Of a stretch of DNA of 64,000 bases, positions 56,956-64,000 are shown in pieces. Numbering within the stretch: the first letter of the stretch is position 1; every line of letters starts with the position of its first letter. The DNA is taken from positions 310,001-374,000 of the forward strand of contig OZ025700.1 in assembly GCA_964019335.1 (NCBI GenBank), read 5' to 3'. The notes under the pieces were generated by a model. It searched no databases. It saw only the letters and a program-made list of their open reading frames with translations, and was not told the DNA's origin. Position numbers and translations under genes: made by a program. The stretch is from Diplonema japonicum. Taxonomy: Eukaryota > Protista > Euglenozoa: Diplonemea.

Positions 56956-59900
56956 CTAACCAACATGGAAAGAGGGGTAACAAGGTGTGCGTGAGGCGAT
57001 GGATAGACAAGGTGTCGCCGTCTTGGGGCGGGTTCGCCATCGAATAGTCGCGCTGCCCGCCTCAGGCGACACGCTGTGCTCGCTGTCGGAATCGTTTCGC
57101 GGCATCATCGTGTTCACAGCAGCACGCGGCTCTGTCTGTGCAAGGAACCACCGCCACAGTTCTTCAGAAGTCTCACCGACTTCCTCTTGTGCCCACCATT
57201 CTGAGGAGAACATCTTTCTTCCCGCTCTGTACAGCGCCAGCGCCATTCGCGTCTGCCCAGACCGGAACGCATCAGAGATCAGATCTGTCACCGACAGCCC
57301 GGTGATGTCGACCTTAGGCAGCTTCCCGTCCGCCGCTGCCTTCTTGATGTTTATTAGCAACGTTCTGAAGTTTGTGTTTGCGCTCTTCGCTCTCCCCCTC
57401 AGCGACGCGATGTTCGGTTTTGTCACAGCGTTGCCCTTCTCGTCCAACCCGCCCTTTTTGTACGCCACAGGCACGCACGCGTTGTACCTGGAACTGATCT
57501 TCTGTTCCCCGCGACACTTGTATCCGTGCAGCATGTCCTCTACCTGTTCGATGCGCTCGCTGCACGAAATGATAAGTGTGTCTGCCCCGAACTTCTGTTG
57601 CGATATCAACTCTTGTGCTCGCAGCAACTTCCTCTTCAGGAGTGTCTTCCGGATCTCTAAGTCCTCCGCCGCTGCTTGCTGCGCACGCTCGTCTCCGGCA
57701 ATCAAAGTGTGTGTCGTGGCCTTGACCCACTCGTCCCAGAACTGTTGGTCCTCGTCGACCTGCACGACAGAGGGCACCAACGGGAGCTGCTTTGTCTCTA
57801 TCGGCTTTGTGCGAACACCCCTTCTCCCCCCGACGAACGCCAGTGCAGGAAGGGGCAGGGTGTTCTCAGCTTCCTTGGGGCTGGGTAATGGCTCTGGTGA
57901 TGCTGCCATCAATGGCTTAGATGCAGGAGGCGTCGAAGCTACTGGCGAAACCAAAGTCATGGGCTTGGCCTCTTGCTCTTCAGAAAGGGGTTGTGGAGAG
58001 AACGGCTCTAATTGCTTGCTAAAGGGGGAGGGTGTCGACCTTCTGGGCGTGTGCAAAGATCTCCTTTTCTCAACCAAACTGAGGGGAGACAAGATCTCGG
58101 ACGACTCGGGTGAAACCACCTCCGGTGATGAGAGCACCTCCTTCATGATTGGGGGCTTGTATATGGCCTTGCCAGGACCCGCTCCTGCACCTGATCCTTG
58201 GCCCTTAAGAAGGGGCACCTTCTTCCGTATTACCGAAGGTTGCGGCTGCGGAGAGAGATCGACGAACTGTATTTTTGTGAAGCCTGTACTGGTCGTCTTC
58301 GCGATGAGGTGCACTGGGCGGTGCACTTTAGGCGTTCTGAGTGTCGGGGTTCTGACGGTGCTGCGGTCGATCACAGTAGTGCTGACTGCAGTGTCTACGA
58401 TCGAGTCTCTCTTTGGCTCGGGGGGGGGCTTGGGTGAAGATACACGAGTTGCAGCTCGCAGCCGATTAATTCTGGACATGGTCCGTTCAGCTTTGACCTC
58501 CATCTGGTGGTCCAAAGGGAAAACCACACGCTGAAGATCAGAAATCTGCTGCCGTGTCTGAGCGTTGAGGAGGCATGAGTATTTTGCTGTGAGTGTTAGC
58601 AGCACCTCTGCCGCGTTCCTTGTCCTCTTTCCGTCTTCTATCTTCTCAGACGCCAATTTTGGGATACTCAACACGACAGTCGGTGAGTGGGTTGTGTAGG
58701 TGCGCGCTGCCTCAATAATGTTCCTGTGCTGATCAGCGAGCCTCGCCTCCTCCTTCACCACGGCGTCGTCCAAAGAGGTGGTGGTAACATGTCCGCTACC
58801 TGCTGCGAGGAACACATCAGCCCCGCTGTTCTCTATGGGGTCAAGCTCCGTCTCTGTCCTCACCAGGATATCTTCCGAAGGCAGCTCCAAAGGTACAGGC
58901 GACAAAGGCGACAAGGGTGTTGCAGGCAACGAGGGCGACATAGAAGGAAAAGACTGCTGCGCATCTATCATCACAAGATCTCCTGTGGCAAGCTCACTCC
59001 CAGCAGGTTCCGAAAGCTGTAGAGTGTCAGAGGTAGCTGGCTCAGGCGGTTCATGTGTGTCCTCCTCCGTAACTTGGCTCATTACGACGCTTTGTGTGCG
59101 GGATACCGGGCTGGGTGCCTCTTCTTGTTCCTCTCCAACAAACATTGGTTTTCGTTTACTTGAACTGGTGCTTCCAGGCTGTCGGAGTACTGAGGTTTTC
59201 CTTCCGTCTAGGGTCGTGCTCAGCTCAAGATCCAGTTCGAGCATCAGGCCGTTTTCAATGACTTCGCTTTCGTCAGTATCTGTATCTGAGACGCGTGGTG
59301 AGCCTGCGTTCTGGGTTGTCTTGTTCGCCTTGCGTTTGGCTTTCTTTCCCTTTTTAACGCGAGCTTTTTTCGCTGCTTTCTTCGATGAAATGTGGAACGA
59401 CCCGACTGCGAAAGCAGAGTGCACAGACGACGCGGCACTGCTCTTCCTGCTGTCATAGGTCACCTCCTTCATAGAAGGGATCACAACAAGGTCTGTACTG
59501 TCGGGACGTTGTATGCTGGCAGCAGCAATGCGCGCTTCCTGTATGGCAATCGACGACTTTCTTCGCTTCTCCTGCTGTTCCTGCATTTCCTGCATCTGTT
59601 TCTTTTGCTGTTCTAGTTGCTCCTGCACCGCCTTGTCTTGGAGCTGCTGCTCGGTTTCTTTTTCAGTGCGGGCCGCTTGCCGTTTCTCTTCCTCGATTCG
59701 CTGCATTTCTAAAAGCTCTTCCCGTTTGGCCTCGCGGTCCTTTTGCATCGCAACCTGAGCTTCGGAGGCGGCTTGTTGCCGCATACGCTCCTTCCGTTGT
59801 GCCTCTGCTTCTCGTTCCTGTTGCAGGATGCGCTCCAGTTCCTGTTCGATTGCGTCGTCATCGTCATCGCCGGAACCCTCCGCGGTGTTCACGAGAGATT

Positions 59901-62900
59901 CTGTCCGACGGTCCTCTTGTTTCTCAAGGCTTCTTTCGATTCCAAACACTTTGTCATAACTGGACCCAAGCGTCCACCGCCGTTTGCCAAGCTTGCCTTG
60001 AGGTGTATAGATAAGAACAGATGTTGTACGCTCTAGTGGTTTCACAGGAGGGGGAAGCATCCTGGCAATGATAGCCTCTTCTCTGCTAAGGTCCCTTCGC
60101 GATACGTTTTCCTGTTGCGCTACGTCGCGTCGTCTGACCAACGACGGGTTGAACCCCACCAGGTTCAGCACCGAGTACGCTGACACCGGAAGCACTTTTC
60201 TCGACACTTTCGATCTCCACTCGCGGCTTACATTCCCGAACCTTATCTTAAGCTCTAGCGGGGTCTGGAACGCTGTCTTGTACTGCAGGGTTTTCAAGGT
60301 GCCGATTCTCCTTGATCGTGTCTCTGAAGAAATCCCGTCTATCATATCGGGCAGCACAGCAAACTGATGGTCCAGTTGGTGTAGTAACCGTGTGATGCGA
60401 AACCTTGAATATTTGAATGTTAGGATGTTTTCCCTTCCTTGCTGCCCGAGCAGTTCGTGCATGCTCGCGCGGACGACATATCGTAGAGTGGGGTAAACGG
60501 GTTTCGCGGTGTTGTGCGGAGAGAGTTGCTGTTGGTCGAGGGGGCTTTTTCGCGACAGTTTTTTGGAGCTTATTCTGAGATCGGCCGTTTGAAACTGCTG
60601 CATGATGAACGGCAGCTCCGAGGGTCCCAACACCCCGCGGATCGTGAAATTGGGGTTTTGATGATTTATACGAAGCGCGGTGCACTGTGCTGTGTACTTC
60701 GTCACGGTGCGTAGTTCCCGACGTGCCTTCCTGCACATCATGCAGTATAGGACCTTTCGCACGTCTTCGATGTAAGCATTGCAGTACTCGACATCAACTG
60801 TGGCGTTTCGAGCGTCGTAGAAAGGTGAACCGAGCGATGCCAGCAAAGCTTTTGACCGCTCTAAAGCGAAGTGCTTTTCGTCACGTTTCACTTCTTCGTC
60901 CCGACCTGCCCTTACGGAGAACGGCGCCACCAAGGGGTCTTGTAGAGAATCGTGCTGTGGGGACTTTGCAGGCTCGTGAATATGTAGCGTCTCGTGCTCG
61001 TTGAAGGATGCTAGCCTAACCAACCGGTTGATGAGCAGGCCATCTCTGTTGTTTGTCACCGAGTTCCATTGATCCCAGTGGTGTTTTATAAGGTGCTGGT
61101 TTCGAGTGTGCGTGTCAAAGTCTTGCTCCGGAAGCTCGTCGGTAAGTATGGAGGTTAGTTTAGAGTTTACCAATCGACGGCCGTCGATGTTGTTATCCGC
61201 CAAGAATTGGTCAAAGAGCATGTTGACTTGCGCCGTGAGTCCGTGGAGGAAGGTGGTGCGGGTGTGTTCGGGAAGGCTGTTTTTCGCATCGAAAAACTCG
61301 TGTTTGACCTTGGTCTCCTCCGGGTAAGGGGCGAGCACAGGTTGACACAAATCCTTGAGCTTGTGCGCCCGCTTGTTGTCATTCACAATAACCACGTGAA
61401 ACCAGCTTTGAAACACCGCTTTTAACAACTGCGCCGACCTCTCTGCCCAGTATCGGGAAACATAAATCCGAAAAATCTTTCGTTTCATCACGTAAGCCTT
61501 CCACCGCATCCATTTCAACACCATTGGAAGCAAGATCTCTTGGTCAGCAATGACCCCTAGTGCCATCAACGACAAAGGGCGTTTATGGATCAATCGAAAT
61601 ATGCCTGCAATACGAAGCACGTTGTACGTGTCTGTCTTCCGTCTCCAGACGCTGAAAAACCTGAATGTCGAGACCTTTTCGATGCATTGCAGGTTGTGTA
61701 CTTTAGAATGCTGCAGGTTAGTGAAATGCTTCCATTTCCCTAGGTAGAATATCAACGTGGCGGTTTCCTTGGCCTGGACCTGCATTTTGTTCATCACTAC
61801 GAACATCCACGACACAAACGCTCGTCGGAGTGAGGTGTAGTTGTGGTGTGCCCTGGCAAGTATTGTTTTCTCCCTCCTCCCCCGTCGATATTTGGTGTAG
61901 GCCACCCACTGGAGAAGACAGCTCAGAACGGTGTCCCCGAAATTTAAAAAATGAACCTTGCCCCGAATCTTTTTGCTGCCAGCATCATTCTCCACCCAAT
62001 CATCCCATTGCTGGAAGTACACCGGGAATTTCCTCGAGCGAAACCCAGTTTCCTTGTCGACTGGAGCCTGTATGTACGCCGTATACCTGTACCACATGAC
62101 AAATACCACTTTTATAGTTTGTTTCTGCCTGCACTCTAAGAGGATATCCGTTGCGAAGACTCTTCTGAGACACCGGATGTTCCCGTATCCAAGCAGTGCT
62201 GCAAAGCCCTTTTTTTTCATGTTTGTTGTGTACACGTTGCTTGCTTGAAACAGCCCCCGCAGCGCGAGGAGGTGTTGTTTCAAAACCTTGGCCTTCAACC
62301 GTCGGAAAAAATCACGTATTCTAAGGTACCGTCTCCGGGCCACAACCATCTTGAAGAAAGCTTGAACAATGGTTGCTTGTTTCGCAACAGAGATAAAAGC
62401 AGTGTTCGATGAATGCTGGTGGCTTGGTGTTGCCTTAAGCGGTGTCACTGAAGCTCCGAGTTCTGCAGATAGCATGCTGATCCCAATGTCGTGTTGTGGA
62501 ACATCGATTTCCAGAAGCTTTGCAAACCGTTTCTGTTCGAGCCTCTCTTGCGTCAAAACGAAGTTCGCTGGTTTTTGAAAAGATAGGTTTTCCTGCAGCT
62601 TTCTCCTTGCGGTGTCAACCAGTTTGTCGTAATGCCGGAATCTTTTGTACGCGAGGTCGAGATCTCTGTGGGCAAGCTGAAGGGCCCACTGTGCTTCCTC
62701 CACCAAGCCTTCACCGTTGTCCTCGTTGATACACATCGAGATGGATAGACGCAGCACTTCATCATGCGCAGCTTGCAACCTACTTAGTTCGCCTTCCTTT
62801 ATCTCGGCACATCTTTCGATCAATTTCAGTGCCGTTACCGTTGTTCTGCTCTTCTTCCCCGGTTCACCGAACAATGACTCCTCTCCTTCGAGTCCGATTT

Positions 62901-63009
62901 CGGACCCTTCCAAATCGATCAGTTCGCCGTCAAAATTTTGCACCCCCACATCGTCACCATATAGAGGCTCGCTTGCCACCGCTTCATTCGTCCCACCAGG
63001 TTTGTTCAT
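56956..63009 (-). CDS. Large cytoskeletal/basal-body-like protein with IQ motif, Sfi1-like Trp repeats and coiled coil (~2017 aa)
   Basis: ATIVQAFFKMVVARRRY; repeated F..W motifs (VFVMWYRY, LLQWVAY, AFVSWMFV, LGKWKHF, FSVWRRK, VFQSWFHV). Start placed at ATG 63009. Confidence 0.65.
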   Translation of the reverse strand: MNKPGGTNEAVASEPLYGDDVGVQNFDGELIDLEGSEIGLEGEESLFGEPGKKSRTTVTALKLIERCAEIKEGELSRLQAAHDEVLRLSISMCINEDNGEGLVEEAQWALQLAHRDLDLAYKRFRHYDKLVDTARRKLQENLSFQKPANFVLTQERLEQKRFAKLLEIDVPQHDIGISMLSAELGASVTPLKATPSHQHSSNTAFISVAKQATIVQAFFKMVVARRRYLRIRDFFRRLKAKVLKQHLLALRGLFQASNVYTTNMKKKGFAALLGYGNIRCLRRVFATDILLECRQKQTIKVVFVMWYRYTAYIQAPVDKETGFRSRKFPVYFQQWDDWVENDAGSKKIRGKVHFLNFGDTVLSCLLQWVAYTKYRRGRREKTILARAHHNYTSLRRAFVSWMFVVMNKMQVQAKETATLIFYLGKWKHFTNLQHSKVHNLQCIEKVSTFRFFSVWRRKTDTYNVLRIAGIFRLIHKRPLSLMALGVIADQEILLPMVLKWMRWKAYVMKRKIFRIYVSRYWAERSAQLLKAVFQSWFHVVIVNDNKRAHKLKDLCQPVLAPYPEETKVKHEFFDAKNSLPEHTRTTFLHGLTAQVNMLFDQFLADNNIDGRRLVNSKLTSILTDELPEQDFDTHTRNQHLIKHHWDQWNSVTNNRDGLLINRLVRLASFNEHETLHIHEPAKSPQHDSLQDPLVAPFSVRAGRDEEVKRDEKHFALERSKALLASLGSPFYDARNATVDVEYCNAYIEDVRKVLYCMMCRKARRELRTVTKYTAQCTALRINHQNPNFTIRGVLGPSELPFIMQQFQTADLRISSKKLSRKSPLDQQQLSPHNTAKPVYPTLRYVVRASMHELLGQQGRENILTFKYSRFRITRLLHQLDHQFAVLPDMIDGISSETRSRRIGTLKTLQYKTAFQTPLELKIRFGNVSREWRSKVSRKVLPVSAYSVLNLVGFNPSLVRRRDVAQQENVSRRDLSREEAIIARMLPPPVKPLERTTSVLIYTPQGKLGKRRWTLGSSYDKVFGIERSLEKQEDRRTESLVNTAEGSGDDDDDAIEQELERILQQEREAEAQRKERMRQQAASEAQVAMQKDREAKREELLEMQRIEEEKRQAARTEKETEQQLQDKAVQEQLEQQKKQMQEMQEQQEKRRKSSIAIQEARIAAASIQRPDSTDLVVIPSMKEVTYDSRKSSAASSVHSAFAVGSFHISSKKAAKKARVKKGKKAKRKANKTTQNAGSPRVSDTDTDESEVIENGLMLELDLELSTTLDGRKTSVLRQPGSTSSSKRKPMFVGEEQEEAPSPVSRTQSVVMSQVTEEDTHEPPEPATSDTLQLSEPAGSELATGDLVMIDAQQSFPSMSPSLPATPLSPLSPVPLELPSEDILVRTETELDPIENSGADVFLAAGSGHVTTTSLDDAVVKEEARLADQHRNIIEAARTYTTHSPTVVLSIPKLASEKIEDGKRTRNAAEVLLTLTAKYSCLLNAQTRQQISDLQRVVFPLDHQMEVKAERTMSRINRLRAATRVSSPKPPPEPKRDSIVDTAVSTTVIDRSTVRTPTLRTPKVHRPVHLIAKTTSTGFTKIQFVDLSPQPQPSVIRKKVPLLKGQGSGAGAGPGKAIYKPPIMKEVLSSPEVVSPESSEILSPLSLVEKRRSLHTPRRSTPSPFSKQLEPFSPQPLSEEQEAKPMTLVSPVASTPPASKPLMAASPEPLPSPKEAENTLPLPALAFVGGRRGVRTKPIETKQLPLVPSVVQVDEDQQFWDEWVKATTHTLIAGDERAQQAAAEDLEIRKTLLKRKLLRAQELISQQKFGADTLIISCSERIEQVEDMLHGYKCRGEQKISSRYNACVPVAYKKGGLDEKGNAVTKPNIASLRGRAKSANTNFRTLLINIKKAAADGKLPKVDITGLSVTDLISDAFRSGQTRMALALYRAGRKMFSSEWWAQEEVGETSEELWRWFLAQTEPRAAVNTMMPRNDSDSEHSVSPEAGSATIRWRTRPKTATPCLSIASRTPCYPSFHVG

Positions 63010-63183
63010 GGGTGCGTTGTGTGGGCTGTCAATTTCTCGCAATGCATTTGGGTTTTGAAGGGCGCTGTGTAATATGGAAGGAGAAAAAAAAATAAAACAA
63101 AAAGAATAGAACAAGTGTATACAAATAGTGGGGGGGGGTGTTCTGTACATACAAAAAAGGGCGGGGGGGGAGGGGAGAAAAAA

Positions 63184-64000
63184 CTACGTGTGGGGTACGA
63201 AGTCGTTGTTCAGGAACCTCCTCCATTGTGGCGAGGCGTCGGTGATGTCGTTAGGGGGCGGGTCGTCCAGTTTGCTGACGCGCATGAGTTGGAGTTCCTT
63301 CTCCGCAAGCGAGTCCATCTGCTGTTTCACGACGCTTTCGAGTGTTGCAACCATGCTTTTTAGGTCAGCGTTCTCATTAGACAAGGCGTCTAGCTCCTCG
63401 TGTGTTGCCGTGACACGCATCTCATTTGCTTCGTGCACCTCAAGCCTCTCCAAAGTCACTTTCAGCGTTTCCGTCAGCGTGTTTATAGCATTGTCTCCTA
63501 CTTCCTTCACCACCTTGACTGTCTGCTTCGACTCCCCGACCTCCCCCTGCAGCCCTGTTATCAACTCCTGCTGCGAAGCGCAGATCTGGGTCAGGTCTGC
63601 CAAGTCCGTCCGTAGTTTTTCCACCTCCGCAGAGGCTGCCTTGTGGTTGTTTATTTTATTATTATTTTTTTTTTTATCAGATACCTCTACGATGGTCTTC
63701 TTCACCATTTCCTGCCGTTCGATTTCTTGTTCCCTCTCCCGTTCGCTCTTTGCCTCTCTGTGTTTTAGCAGCCGGGCTTGGTTCTTGTTGTCTGCGACTA
63801 GTTTCCTGTGGGTTGAACAATTTATACTTTTTTTGTTTGTCTTGATCATACAGATTGCAGTCTCTAACATCGGCCATCTTCTCTTCCGTCTCACCCAGCT
63901 TTTCCATGAGCTGCTCCATCTTCACCGTCTCTCTCTCTAGCTTGATGTTCTCTCTCCTTGCAGAAGCAATGTCCGCTTCCCATCGCTGTTGTTCCTTCTG
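63184..64000 (-). CDS. Partial coiled-coil protein (5' end beyond window)
   Basis: Introns 63806-63851 (46 nt) and 63640-63684 (45 nt) join DVRDCNL|KLVADN and TIVE|AASAEV; heptad-rich. Confidence 0.75.

Noticed and set aside
53797-59458. Long plus-strand ORFs (54907-56673, 56987-58534; likewise 43-1005 and those over the array)
   Set aside because: Antisense shadows of minus-strand genes with biased codons; no recognisable motifs.

Overview
Eukaryotic, euglenozoan DNA, most likely a diplonemid. Three things support this: a near-complete Diplonema-type 39-nt spliced-leader sequence at 25262-25300, a kinetoplastid-type HisRS and receptor adenylate cyclase, and many GT-AG cis-introns. Every credible gene (about 35, including partials) is on the minus strand. 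Spacers are mostly ~85-400 nt and built from homopolymer tracts, as expected for a trans-spliced directional gene cluster. I could place 16 tiny (31-70 nt), mostly A-rich introns; they join ORF-track fragments into complete genes (cysK, NOP16, RPL32 x2, cyclophilin, RPC17-like, DnaJ and others). The 22-36.6 kb region is accessory. It holds ten copies of an unknown 104-113 aa Tyr/Ala-rich, Lys-free SPR-YY protein with a conserved RNA hairpin in the spacers, interleaved with a GH18+CBM1 chitinase, a bacterial-type flavoprotein, transposon relics and the SL-headed insert. Other likely horizontally acquired or unusual genes: an mcl-PHA-depolymerase-like secreted hydrolase, a LOTUS-ACT fusion, nagA, and a protein joining a permuted discoidin domain, an inactive thioredoxin fold and 4 TM helices. 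Family calls come from motif recognition, not database searches.
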